DNA of 62,948 nucleotides, the filler included, from Chrysochromulina tobinii (lineage: Eukaryota): assembly GCA_001275005.1 (NCBI GenBank). It is 5 parts of 5 records of this genome, joined end to end, with 100 filler letters (N's around TTAATTAATTAA, not from the genome) between each part and the next. Parts side by side here need not be neighbours in the genome. Positions count along the whole stretch, not along the records: positions 12,497 to 20,757 come from JWZX01000854.1; positions 20,858 to 37,807 come from JWZX01000855.1; 3 more parts are not named here. One strand, 5' to 3'. The first letter of the stretch is position 1. Each line of letters starts with the position of its first letter. A program made the translations under genes and the position numbers. The notes beneath the pieces are model-generated. The model saw nothing but the letters and a program-made list of their open reading frames with translations, searched no databases and was not told the origin of the DNA. Shown piece by piece: positions 12,551 through 23,525 of the stretch.

Positions 12551-15500
12551 ATGGATACCTATCGGGCTAATACGCCAGATCCCATGGTAGCGGTTCGAAC
12601 GTCAGAGACCCTGAACTCGCGAAACGCGGACGACGCCAGCTCAAACACGAGCGGCAAGGCAAGAACTACCACTGCGCAACACCAACCACTCGCGGATGCA
12701 GAGCCACCCGGGGTGCAAGCAACAACACCGGGCGACCAAGAAGGACGCCCTTCGGATCTGCGGGCTCGGGCAAACGAACTCACGGAGAATGACGAGGACC
12801 CCTCCATGCAGAAAGGGCCGAAAAGAACCGAATTTCATTCCGTCGAGCTCGACGCAAGCACGGTCGTGCAGAACAGAGCGCCGATGCGGACGATCGGAGA
12901 CGCGGCCCAGACGATGGTCCAGTCAATCGCTTCGGCCACCAAGATGGCCAAGCAATCCCTCTGGGGACCGCCACCACTCCTCTGGCAAGCTGAGGAAGCG
13001 GCAGAAGGCGATGAAATGCTCGTACGCAAGCTCGAAGAGCAGCTGAATGCGGTTAAGCAGCGACTGTCACTTGCAGGCTCGACGACGAGCGGCGGAAGTG
13101 CGGAAGGTCGCATCCCGAGCACGCAGAGACGTGCCTCGATCGGTGCATCGGAAGACGAGCACGCCGGCGCGGAACAAGCGATCCAGGCACAAGAGATCTC
13201 GACGATGGGACGTACGAGCTCAATGAATTCACCGCCACCGCCGCCAGACGACGACGAAGCGGAGTGGCTGCGCGAAAAGACGCAGCGCGACATCCAACGC
13301 GAACTTCACCGTGTCCAACGGGAACGTGATGAGCAAGCAGCGCACATCACGCGGATGGAACACGAACATCGGATGCAAATGGAGCTCGCACTACAACAAG
13401 CATCGGCGCAGATGCGCGAGCACATACTCGAGCAAAAGATGCTCGCCATGCAGGCCGAGCTGCGCTTCATGCAGGAGCGCAATGTCGATGCCCACGCCGC
13501 GCGCGCAAGCGCTGAACGCGACGAGGTGAGACGACGCGAAGAAGCGGAAATGCGGCGGCTGGAACGAGCTGATGAGTGGAAAGTCAAGGAACTCTACTCA
13601 GAACAGCTCACGCGCTGCCCGATTGACAAGGCGGCGTCATTCCTGGAGACATGGATGATCGGGCTGGCGGCAGCATCGACGGGCGTCTGCCCAGAAGCAG
13701 CCGAGCTCATCAACCATGTTATCTCATCCGACGGAACGATGTTCGCAAGAATGAGCGATCCCAAGTACGCCAAGGCAGATATGTGGCTAGCGCGTCAGAT
13801 CATCGGCTGCGTCAAGACGGACAGCGACTCGGCGAAAGTGTTCCACCTCGAGACGAGCGCAAACCTCTCACTGCGATCATCCGGGATTCGACTACTCCAA
13901 GATCTACGTGTGCGCACCAGAGCGTCGAGCACGTTAAGCGAGCATGCGGCGGAGATGCGCTTCAAGAGCACGATATACTTCAAGGGTGCGATGACCCTCG
14001 ACCAAGTCAAGCTGGGAGCCGCAACCTTCAAGGCCGACTTTGAGGCGCGATCCGAGCAGTACGCTAAGTCGCACTATCTACTGATGCAAGCGCTCCTTGA
14101 CGAGCTGCCGCCAGCACTGCAGCCAGGACAGTCCAACGTCGTGAAGGAGGAGAAGATAAAACTCGAGCGCACCCACGAGAAGCAAAAAGTGGGCAAAGCC
14201 GAGCTGCCGACGTGGGACGAGTTCCTCATCGACATCGCGATCATGCTGAAGGAAGTGACGGGCCAGAAGACGAAGACGGCGGCGTCAAAGGAGATCAACA
14301 ATGCCGAGAAGAACAAGGGCTCGTACAAGGGAGCGCTCACCGGAAAAGGCAAAGGTGGACGCACCAATACGACCCCGGGAAATACCGGAAAAGGCAAGGG
14401 CAAAGGGGCCGGAAAAGGGACCGACAAAACGCTCAAGTGCAACGTGTGCAATAAGACGGATGTCACGACCAAGGCGTGCGGCTGCGCGCCGTGCAACAAG
14501 TGCCAACTCCGCTACTGCACCGGAGCACCGGGCGCCACGAAGGTGACAGGCCTCGGATGCGCCCAGGAGATGACTGTATTCCCGGCATACAACGACTACG
14601 TGCAAGCAGGCGGCAAGCTTCCGGGCTTCCTGTATGAAAAGGCACGCAAAAAGTGGCACAAGAAATGGAACATTCCGTACGAGGCGAGCGCCGCCGAGCA
14701 GGACACGGAGGCAAGCTCCGAGTGCGATGGCGGCTGGACATGCGAAGAGATTGATGCCTCAGTCTGCGAGCTCGAGCACGAATACGGCTCCGACGAGTAC
14801 GAGATGAGCGACGAGGACGACGGGGCAGAAGATCTCGAGGCGAGCATGATCGAGGATCTAGAAACGTCGACGGTGACACACGACATCTATGCTGCGGTGA
14901 CTAAGGGGCACCCAGAACTACTCGCCCTCCGGGAGCAGATGACGATCGATGAGACGAATACGCCGCGACTCAACGGCTACGTCACGTTCTTGATCGACGG
15001 GGGCGCAAACACGCCCATCTTCCAAGCGCCGGCGATCTTAGCGACAGCCAAAATGACGGGCTCGAAGCACAAGTCGATCAGCACGGCCAAGGGCGGCGAC
15101 TCGCTTCGACTCGAAGGTGAAGCGACTGTGACGCTGTACGTCAAGGGCTCCAAAGGCCAACACGAAAAGATCGAGGTCAAGGGACACTGCGCATCAAAGG
15201 CGCGTCGCAACATCATCTTCGAGGAGCTCTTTGAAAAGATGGGAGCAGCGAACGGCCTCCGGCGGAACGCATGCGGCGAACGCACGTGGGACATCACGTT
15301 CGAGAGCGGCGCGAAATGGCTTGTACTCATGTGCAACGACCTGCTCTTCGGCTTCGCCAGCCTCACAGAGCCGCTAGTAGACGACGAGGTCAACGAGCTC
15401 GAAGAGACTGAGATCAACGAGGCCGAGGTACCGGCAATCGTCTGGGCGGCGCGTCTCGCAACGGGCGCGGATGGCATCGAAGCGACGCAACTTGCGGTAC

Positions 15501-18500
15501 GCAACATGAAGATGCCCAAGCTCACGAAAATCAACAAGCACGTCATCGATCACGACCAACATCGGCAAGAGCAGATAGCTAAGCGCAAGCCCATGAATGC
15601 AGTACGCGACCCAGTTGACAGAAGCTACGAGCAAGGGTCGGTCTTTATCGTGGACACGTTCACTTTCCCGGGCCGCGACCAAGTTAAGCAGATCGCGGGG
15701 CGCACAGGTGCACAGCCACCGACGGCGATGTTCCACGCGTGGGACGACGCAGGCTCAGATTTTGGCTATGCTAGGGCAGTGGCTACCCATACCATCGACG
15801 ACACGATCGAATTCTTATCGCACGTCAAGGTCTCGGAAACCAATCTGGGCCACACAATCAAGAAGATCAAGATGGACCGAGCACCAGAAGTGGACAACGA
15901 GGAACTCAAGCGACGCGTCGAGACGGAACTCGGCATAAAACTGTTCATCGCACCTTCGGGCGAACATGCTGGAATTCATCGTGCAGAGGCGCATATGGAT
16001 CCACTGTCCCGGGCAACAGAGGCGATGCTGCAGCGTGCAAAGGGCAATCTCCCAGGCGACCTGCGGCAATATGCAGCGCTGGCGCGCAAATACGCCGTAT
16101 GGATCAGCGACCGCCGCCCGCCGAAGAAAGGGGCACCGTCGAGACTGCAGAAACACTGCGGCAGGATCCCAGATTTCGGCGATAAAAATGGCATGACGCC
16201 GCTGGTATTCGGCTGCAAAGTAGTTCGGCTCAAGGACGAGAACGAACGGATCGGCTGGAAGGGCGTCGGCAATCGTGCGATCACAGGATACTTCGTTGGT
16301 ATCGAGCATACATCCTATCTGGTCTACAACGCAGTCACTCGCAAGGTCACAAAGGAACCCTTCGTGTGGGCCATCGACGAGCTCGAGCTCGCGCGCGGAG
16401 GTCTCGCGGCGGGGGCACTGCTACACGATTCCGAAGTACAGTGCGAGATCATCACGGGCACGCCGCTTACACTGATGCCGTCGCTCGCACCGGTGAAGAC
16501 CACGCCTAAGCCGCTGCCAAAGCAAGCAGACCTGCCCGTCGGCGCCCTGGTCGAGGTCTACTGGAAAGGCGACAAGGACAGCAAGGAACTCGATGGCTGG
16601 TACAAGGGAAAAGTGACCTCGATCCAGACGTTAGGTGACGGCCAACTGCGCCACACGATCACGTACGAGGGCTGGTCGGGCGAGTACCCAGGGCATGACC
16701 TCGTCAATGGAAAAGACTGGCATCGGCTCGATATTGCTACGAACGCTGTACCTTCAACGAGTGCAGTAAAGAAAACGGCCCTTGGCGATGTGACGAACAA
16801 GGACGCACAGACCAAGGAACAGCCAAAGGCCCCGCCGGTCACGGACAAGGATGGTTGGACGGAGGTGCCGAAACGCAAGAGCGCCCTGAAGGCAGAGGCG
16901 CCACCCACTCGGACGACGCGTCATTCCAAGCTGACGACGGTCGCCGAAGTGGCGCTAGCAGCACTTGAGTTCGTCACAGTCGACTCGGAGATGACCCAGT
17001 CGATCATCGAGGTGCTCATGGGCGACTACGCACCGCCGATGCAGACGGGCGACGCGCCCGAGACGATCCTAGCGCGCGTCGCCGACGTACCGTTCACGGG
17101 ATGGAATAAAAGTATTGAAAGGCCGAAGGCGGAAGCGTCTATGCTCGAATACAACACAGAGGAGGGCAACCGCGTACAGATGTACGAAATCATGTCCACT
17201 GCCATCGAGTACACGACGGACGCTGGCGAAAAGGCCACCATCGACCAACCTAAGGGGTACAGACAAGTGATGAAATCGGTGGACCGCGACAAATGGATCG
17301 AGGCACACCGCAAGGCATTCGAGGCACTCAAGGCGGTGCGGGGCAACCAAATGATACGCCGAGATGAAGCCGAAGAAGCAGGACCAGTCTTCGAGTGTGT
17401 GACGACCAACGTGGTTAAGACGGACCCCGGCACTAACAAGCTCATCAAGCTTTCGGCACGCCACAGCCTCGACGGAGGGCCAAGAGGCAAGGAAGTACTT
17501 CGCAAGAAAGGCATCGTAAGCACGACGCCCACATCATCGACCACGATGGACGAAGTCGTCATGAAGATGCTCCTTAGCCATGCGGCGGCAAACAAGCGTT
17601 TCTTGACTAAGGCGGATGTGACCCAAGCGTACACGAACGCAACTACATCGCGTGGTCGTCGATTCCTACGCTGCCCTGCTACGTGCCAAGAGTATGACGA
17701 GGATGGCACGGAGCTCGTCCTAGAACTCGGGCCACCACTCTTCGGAGAGCCGGAAGCCGGCTACGAATGGCAAATGACCCTTGATAAGGACCTGCGCACT
17801 TTCGGCTGGAAGCAGTGCGAAAACGTCGGGTGCCTATGGCGTTTCCAAACGGCAGACGACGACGCCCTTATGGGTACGATCGTCGACGACCTGTTGATCA
17901 GCTGCGGGAAGAGCTATGGCATCGCAAACAGGATCATTCAATACCTGAAAGGGAAGTACATCGGCGTCTCATTCGAACACGAGCCCAAGTCCTTCGCGGG
18001 GTACAAGATTACACGCTCGGTTGACGGCACGGTCATCAACATTTCGATGCCGGAACTGATTGAGGCCAAGATGAAGGAACTTTGCCCGGAGCTCATGAGC
18101 GCCAAAGCGCGTAAGGAATTCAAGGCGCTCCACGCGGGAGGCGACAAGCTCCAAAAGCTCGCCGATGGCATGGTCATGGAGGCACCACGGGCCGACGGCA
18201 AACGCACAAAGCATTGCATGCTAGTGATGGTCCTGACGGGCTGCATTCGCTACTTCTTGCGCGCGTCAGCAGGTGAGCTGAATGTCATCGCGCACCGGCT
18301 ATCGAGCATCATGGCGCGAGCACCACCCGAGGCAGTCACGGTCGCCCAAGCGGCGATGATCATGGCATACGAGCAACGCGAACGCGGCATTACTTACTCG
18401 GCGCACGACCATCACCCCAAGATCGAGGAGTCGAAGACGAACTGCCTCGAGGTGAGCTTCGCTACGGGTGTGCCACGCGAGCCGGGCATCCACGCTGTCG

Positions 18501-19987
18501 CTGATTGCTCGTGGGGCGACCGAAACTTGTACGGATGCATCATCATGATGAACTACGGGGCCATCGTGTGCGAGACCAAAAAGATGGGACCCGTCAACTC
18601 ATCGACCGAAGGTGAGGGAATCACGACCTCCAAGTGCGCTGAGCTGGTCATCCCGGTCCAGGAGGCTGCAAGGGCCATGGGCGTGGTACTCGAAGGACCG
18701 ACAATCATCCGATCAGACAATGCCGCGAATGTGCGAGTGGCGAATGATCCCAACGCAGCGATTCGCCTCAAGCACGCACTCCGGCGCTATGCGACGCTCC
18801 AGGGGCATGTGGCAGCAGGCGAGGTCAAGATCGTGCACGTCTCCGACAAGTTTAACGCGGCCGACTTTCTCACCAAGTGGGTCTCGGCGAAGAAGCTAAA
18901 AGAGTCAGTGGCATACACGTCAAACGAAGTGGCCAAGCCAAAGGGGCCCATCACCACGGAGATGAATGCCTTCGAACTCGAAACCACCGCCGTGACGAAC
19001 CTGTTCGGACTTGAGGTTTCGGCGCTTGAACTCACCGAACCCCAAACGATGCATGCGGACCCGAAGTATTTTGCCCATCGACTGTTCGTTGACCGCAACG
19101 AGATGTATGCGGACCTGGAGCACTTTGGAACGCGAATGTATGCTGCCGTTGCAGATGGCGAAGGCGACACCGAGTCGATTGCACCCTACAAGGGCGGACT
19201 CTTCAAGGGTGATTCACCGCCGAGCATTCATATGGATGATGATGATCGCACATTCAACGCAGGTCGGGCATTCCGCCTCAACTACCTGTTCGATGAATAC
19301 TCCAAACCATTCAACGACGCAACCCCGTTCGACTTCGAGGAGTTTGTCCAAGAGTCGCAGGAGCTCGCACAGGTCATATGCGACAACGAACAGACTGGAG
19401 TTTTCACCTGGTGTGCCGATGGATATGTTCGCATCTACCTAGGCAACGAGCTCAACATGGACACTGACGACATGTGTGCGCACGAGCTCGAGCGAGCACA
19501 CGTTCTCCAAGACATGACAGTCGGCCGAGACGATCTGACCCTCCTCGAGATCATGGACGCGAACATCAAGGACGCGATCGTCGCAATTGAGATCAAAGAG
19601 GCACGACGCACGGCTGGCCTTGTCACCGAGTATACGACGACAAAGTACCGCAAGGTCAAGATCTTGAAGCTCAAGCATGTCAATCTGAATGTGAATCGCC
19701 CCTTCACGAGCGACGAGAAGAAGGCTATCATCGCGGGCCTCGACCCGAAGAACGACCCGTACGACGATCTGAGGTACGAGGCCAAGGAGTACGAAAACGC
19801 GCGTTCCCACTTGGCGCAAATGGCTGCCGACGATTCATACGATGACGACGATGACGACGACCAATACTCGGAGTACGACGAGAGACGGAACCCAGATGAA
19901 TGCGAGGACGACCCGCGGCAAATGCCGGAGTACCCTGGATGGCCGTGCATGCATAGCTCATACTACAAGAGAATGCGCGACGGTTGA
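12551..19987 (+). CDS. Copia Gag-Pol polyprotein (2478 aa): gag, Cys-rich knuckle, protease, integrase, Tudor-like domain, RT, RNase H, acidic C-terminal extension
   Basis: Protease FLIDGGANT; integrase IVDTF...KIKMDRAPE...HRAEAHM; RT ADVTQAY, LFGEPEAGYEW, TIVDDLLI; RNase H ADCSWG, SSTEGE, SDNAA, NAADFLTK. Confidence 0.93.
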   Translation: MDTYRANTPDPMVAVRTSETLNSRNADDASSNTSGKARTTTAQHQPLADAEPPGVQATTPGDQEGRPSDLRARANELTENDEDPSMQKGPKRTEFHSVELDASTVVQNRAPMRTIGDAAQTMVQSIASATKMAKQSLWGPPPLLWQAEEAAEGDEMLVRKLEEQLNAVKQRLSLAGSTTSGGSAEGRIPSTQRRASIGASEDEHAGAEQAIQAQEISTMGRTSSMNSPPPPPDDDEAEWLREKTQRDIQRELHRVQRERDEQAAHITRMEHEHRMQMELALQQASAQMREHILEQKMLAMQAELRFMQERNVDAHAARASAERDEVRRREEAEMRRLERADEWKVKELYSEQLTRCPIDKAASFLETWMIGLAAASTGVCPEAAELINHVISSDGTMFARMSDPKYAKADMWLARQIIGCVKTDSDSAKVFHLETSANLSLRSSGIRLLQDLRVRTRASSTLSEHAAEMRFKSTIYFKGAMTLDQVKLGAATFKADFEARSEQYAKSHYLLMQALLDELPPALQPGQSNVVKEEKIKLERTHEKQKVGKAELPTWDEFLIDIAIMLKEVTGQKTKTAASKEINNAEKNKGSYKGALTGKGKGGRTNTTPGNTGKGKGKGAGKGTDKTLKCNVCNKTDVTTKACGCAPCNKCQLRYCTGAPGATKVTGLGCAQEMTVFPAYNDYVQAGGKLPGFLYEKARKKWHKKWNIPYEASAAEQDTEASSECDGGWTCEEIDASVCELEHEYGSDEYEMSDEDDGAEDLEASMIEDLETSTVTHDIYAAVTKGHPELLALREQMTIDETNTPRLNGYVTFLIDGGANTPIFQAPAILATAKMTGSKHKSISTAKGGDSLRLEGEATVTLYVKGSKGQHEKIEVKGHCASKARRNIIFEELFEKMGAANGLRRNACGERTWDITFESGAKWLVLMCNDLLFGFASLTEPLVDDEVNELEETEINEAEVPAIVWAARLATGADGIEATQLAVRNMKMPKLTKINKHVIDHDQHRQEQIAKRKPMNAVRDPVDRSYEQGSVFIVDTFTFPGRDQVKQIAGRTGAQPPTAMFHAWDDAGSDFGYARAVATHTIDDTIEFLSHVKVSETNLGHTIKKIKMDRAPEVDNEELKRRVETELGIKLFIAPSGEHAGIHRAEAHMDPLSRATEAMLQRAKGNLPGDLRQYAALARKYAVWISDRRPPKKGAPSRLQKHCGRIPDFGDKNGMTPLVFGCKVVRLKDENERIGWKGVGNRAITGYFVGIEHTSYLVYNAVTRKVTKEPFVWAIDELELARGGLAAGALLHDSEVQCEIITGTPLTLMPSLAPVKTTPKPLPKQADLPVGALVEVYWKGDKDSKELDGWYKGKVTSIQTLGDGQLRHTITYEGWSGEYPGHDLVNGKDWHRLDIATNAVPSTSAVKKTALGDVTNKDAQTKEQPKAPPVTDKDGWTEVPKRKSALKAEAPPTRTTRHSKLTTVAEVALAALEFVTVDSEMTQSIIEVLMGDYAPPMQTGDAPETILARVADVPFTGWNKSIERPKAEASMLEYNTEEGNRVQMYEIMSTAIEYTTDAGEKATIDQPKGYRQVMKSVDRDKWIEAHRKAFEALKAVRGNQMIRRDEAEEAGPVFECVTTNVVKTDPGTNKLIKLSARHSLDGGPRGKEVLRKKGIVSTTPTSSTTMDEVVMKMLLSHAAANKRFLTKADVTQAYTNATTSRGRRFLRCPATCQEYDEDGTELVLELGPPLFGEPEAGYEWQMTLDKDLRTFGWKQCENVGCLWRFQTADDDALMGTIVDDLLISCGKSYGIANRIIQYLKGKYIGVSFEHEPKSFAGYKITRSVDGTVINISMPELIEAKMKELCPELMSAKARKEFKALHAGGDKLQKLADGMVMEAPRADGKRTKHCMLVMVLTGCIRYFLRASAGELNVIAHRLSSIMARAPPEAVTVAQAAMIMAYEQRERGITYSAHDHHPKIEESKTNCLEVSFATGVPREPGIHAVADCSWGDRNLYGCIIMMNYGAIVCETKKMGPVNSSTEGEGITTSKCAELVIPVQEAARAMGVVLEGPTIIRSDNAANVRVANDPNAAIRLKHALRRYATLQGHVAAGEVKIVHVSDKFNAADFLTKWVSAKKLKESVAYTSNEVAKPKGPITTEMNAFELETTAVTNLFGLEVSALELTEPQTMHADPKYFAHRLFVDRNEMYADLEHFGTRMYAAVADGEGDTESIAPYKGGLFKGDSPPSIHMDDDDRTFNAGRAFRLNYLFDEYSKPFNDATPFDFEEFVQESQELAQVICDNEQTGVFTWCADGYVRIYLGNELNMDTDDMCAHELERAHVLQDMTVGRDDLTLLEIMDANIKDAIVAIEIKEARRTAGLVTEYTTTKYRKVKILKLKHVNLNVNRPFTSDEKKAIIAGLDPKNDPYDDLRYEAKEYENARSHLAQMAADDSYDDDDDDDQYSEYDERRNPDECEDDPRQMPEYPGWPCMHSSYYKRMRDG

Positions 19988-20156
19988 GTGCGACACACAG
20001 TGGAGCTACACAGGCATCATACGAGATTCAGTCTCTACCCTGGCAATCCAGCCCCCGTTTGGGCGCTTGATTAGGGGGGGTGATACACGAGCATCATAGG
20101 AGACCTAGTCTCTACCCTGGCAATCAACACCTGATTAGGCGTTTGATTGGGGGGGG

Positions 20157-20361
20157 TGCGAGTAGAGACATTGTGTTTTGGGACCGGTGACGGTGTCCCG
20201 GCCGCATGCGCGCGAAAATGGGCTTTCCTCCCTGTGGGGAAAGCCCGATGTCTGGAGGCGCGCGTGAGTCGAGAGTAAAAGCTTTGCTTCTTGGCCACAA
20301 GTGCACGCCTTCTTGGCAGACCTGGGACCAGAAACCCCAGTTGCCTGAGGTCGGCGTAACA
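20157..20361 (+). repeat. Putative LTR shared by two tandem copia copies (alternative start 20081)
   Basis: Begins TG directly after a G-run PPT and ends ...GGCGTAACA; its 3' part matches 12497-12550. Boundaries are uncertain. Confidence 0.55.
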
Positions 20362-20362
20362 C

Positions 20363-20757
20363 ATGGATACTGATCAGGCTAATACGCCAGATCCCATGGT
20401 AGCGGTTCGAACGTCAGAGACCCAGAACTCGCGAAACGCGGACGACGCCAGCTCAAACACGAGCGGCAAGGCAAGAACTACCACTGCGCAACACCAACCA
20501 CTCGCGGATGCAAAGCCACCCGGGGTGCAAGCAACAACACCGGGCGACCAAGAAGGACGCCCTTCGGATCTGCGGGCTCGGGCACACGAACTCACGGAGA
20601 ATGACGAGGACCCCTCCATGCAGAAAGGGCCGAAAAGAACCGAATTTCATTCCGTCGAGCTCGACGCAGGCACGGTCGTGCAGAACAGAGCGCCGATGCG
20701 GACGATCGGAGACGCGGCCCAGACGATGGTCCAGTCAATCGCTTCGGCCACCAAGAT
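20363..20757 (+). mobile_element. 5' part of a second head-to-tail copia copy, cut by the linker
   Basis: Nearly identical to 12551-12945 (MDT..ANTPDPMVAVRTSET...). Confidence 0.9.
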
Positions 20758-20857
20758 NNNNNNNNNNNNNNNNNNNNNNNNNNNNNNNNNNNNNNNNNNN
20801 NTTAATTAATTAANNNNNNNNNNNNNNNNNNNNNNNNNNNNNNNNNNNNNNNNNNNN
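20758..20857. other. Artificial contig linker
   Basis: N44-TTAATTAATTAA-N44. Confidence 0.98.
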
Positions 20858-20984
20858 TGTCTCGTTTGGGGTCATGTAAGGTGTGTGTATTCTGAGCGGG
20901 CAGTAACAGTGCCGTAGCACCGGCTGTCGCGTCTGTCGTGTTAACACGTGAGGCGTGACCCGAAATAGTACGACGCGCCACGCG

Positions 20985-23382
20985 ATGCCCGCTCACGCCT
21001 CTCCGCCTCGTCTTAGTGCCCGAAGCGCGCTGCCGCTGCACACGAGAGTGTCGGTCGAGTACGCAGGGCCTTATGCTGGTAGGCACGCAGGCACCGTGGT
21101 GGGACATCGCACCTCCCTGGGCGAGCACTCGACGTCACTCAGGAAGTGCTCGCAAGTCACCGAGATTCAGGTCTCCTTCGATGACGGCGAAACGTCGTGG
21201 TTCGCGAGCACCGACCCGGCTCTGCGAATTATGAAGCAGAAGCCCGTGGGCGGCGCGCGCCGCGTCTCACTACGATGCGCACTGTCTTTGCAGCCCCTCG
21301 TCGACCCAGCCCGCGGAGAGGCGTGCACGCACGATGCCAACTGCAACTACAATGAGCTCCGGGCCTATGTGGCTCGCAAGCGCCAGTGCCCCGTGGCGGG
21401 CTGCGATTCGGCGATCCCACGCTCAAGAGACATAGTGCGCGACTTGCAGTTTCGAGACTCGTTGCTCACGGCTGTGGGCGCGGGAGACGGCGGCGCCACG
21501 TTTGGGTACTGGGATCCGATCTCGGGCAATTTCGAGCTCGATGGCGAGATGCATGCGAGGGCAAGCATGCCGAAACAGCCTCGGCTGGCCGGACGGTGCG
21601 ACGAGCTGTCGAGGAATCCACGAGATCAACGAGCGCATCACGAATGGGGTCGTCATCAAGAAGATTGGGGTCGTCATCAACGGGGTTGGGATCGTCATCA
21701 ATGGGATTGGGTTCGTCATCAGGTTCATTATCGCGAGCCGCTGGTCAGGCGTGCAGCACGGCCGTCATCGAGCTTGACATGAGCGACGAGGACGTCGGTG
21801 AGGAGTCTGACGAGGACGCTGACGGAAACTGCGACCACGTCGAGGAAGGCGATGAGGACGGCGTCGAGGATGGCGATGAGGAAGGCGATGAGGAGGGCGT
21901 CGAGGATGGCGATGAGGACGGCGATGAGGAGGACGTCGGTGAGGAAGGCGCTGACGGGCGCGTGGGGAGTGCTCTCGGCACCCACCTTTGTGGCAAGGAC
22001 GGCTGCTCGAAGCCGGTGTGGCACTCTGGCATATGCACGTCAGTGCTCGGCTACCGCCGCGATCAGAAGCCGGTGCAGATGTATACGGCCGAGCCCGCGC
22101 CGAGCCCACGCGAGCTCATGAGACAGGCACGCAACGAGGGCAGGCTGCCGCCCTCCAAGAAGCCCATGCTGGGCGATCGCGTCCGAGGCAAGTACCAGGG
22201 GCAGATAGGCGGCCGCAACTGGTTCGATGGCGTGGTGACGGCGGTGCACGAGGATGGCTCGTGCGATCTGCACTACGACGATGGCGACTGCGAGGAGCGC
22301 GTGGCGCCGCGGTTCATCAAGGCGATTGCCGAGGACGAGACTTTGGATCGGGAGGAGCCAGAGGAGGCGGCGGAGCCCGAGGAGCAGGAGGAGGTGGAGG
22401 TGGTGGAGTTGGAGGACAACGTACCGGTAGAGGAGGGCGACGAGGTGGAGGACGGCGACGCGCGGGAGAGCTTGATAGAAGACCAGGGCCGTGAGGACGG
22501 CCGCACGACTCCCAATGAGAATCTCGAGACGACGTTTTGGGTGCAGTGCGATCGGTGCTGCAAGTGGCGTCGCTTGCTCAACGGCAGCAGCAGCCTTCAC
22601 AGCAGCCTTCACAGCAGCAGCCTCGACGGCGAGTGGACGTGCGCGAACAGCGTTCTGCGGGCCTATTCGTGCGAGGACGACGAGAGTGAGTACTACTGAT
22701 GACCACTGATGACACCTGATGACACCTGATGACACCTGATGACACCTGATGACAACCGGATGGCCCGCAATGACCCACAATGAACCACAATGACCCATGA
22801 TGACCCATGATGACCCATGATGACCATTGATGACCACTGATGACCCCTGATGACCCCTGATGACCACTGGTGAACCCTGATGAACTCTGATAACCATTGA
22901 TGACCCACTAATGACCCCTGATGACAGGTGAGTTCGACGAGGACGAGGAGGAAGTGCTGGCCATGAGCGCGCCCGGCACGGCGCCCGAAGCCTCTCGAGG
23001 CATACCCTCTCACAAGACCGAGCGCCATGCCGAGCGCATCGTGCGCGCCTGCCTCTCGCGCCTTGTGTCGCAAGTGACCAGCATGGCGAGGGCCGAGGCG
23101 CGCCAGGCCGCAGCGGCCAAGAGGCAAGCTATCGAGGCGCGGCGGAAGGCACAGGAGGCGAGAAGGCAGGCCGAGGAGGCCAGGCGCCATCACGCGGAAG
23201 TCGGGGCGGTGCTCGAGAGGACGCTCCAACGCGTCGAGCGCCATGTCGAGCGCGAGGAGCGCGAGGCCGCCAGAGAGGCGCGCCGAAGGCTGAAGCGCTT
23301 GCGAGCTCGCGTGCTGCCGTACTTCCCTTGCGAGCTCTATGGCTCCTCTCCCATCCTCGCAGTTTTGGCCGACGGATTTTAG
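20985..23382 (+). CDS. Chromatin protein: Tudor-like + SP-RING (zf-MIZ) + acidic tract + Tudor + zf-CW + coiled coil; frameshift near 21560-21620; intron 22686-22927
   Basis: VSLRCALSLQPLVDPARGEACTHDANC...CPVAGC (SP-RING); GDRVRGKY...WFDGVVTAVHEDGSCDLHYDDGDCEERV (Tudor); WVQCDRCCKWRRL...WTC...C (CW). SP-RING and Tudor/CW lie in different frames. Confidence 0.7.
22697..22925. repeat. Intronic ~10-bp minisatellite (TGATGACCCC/TGATGACACC-like)
   Basis: More than 20 degenerate copies fill intron 22686-22927. Confidence 0.9.
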
Positions 23383-23525
23383 CCGACGGCGACCTTCCAA
23401 GCAAGCAAGCTAATTAGTCGAAACACACAAGTACCTTCCAAAGTGGTTAAGTTTCGGGTACTGGTAGGATTCCTACAAAGACCGCACCTACGAGGAGCGA
23501 ACCCCACGCGGCGATACATACAGCG

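Larger units (their letters stand above)
12497..20361 (+). mobile_element. Ty1/copia LTR retrotransposon, apparently intact (5' LTR cut by contig edge)
   Basis: Single gag-pol ORF in PR-IN-RT-RH order; G-rich polypurine tracts at about 20073 and 20149; 12497-12551 recurs at 20309-20363 as the LTR 3' end. Confidence 0.92.
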
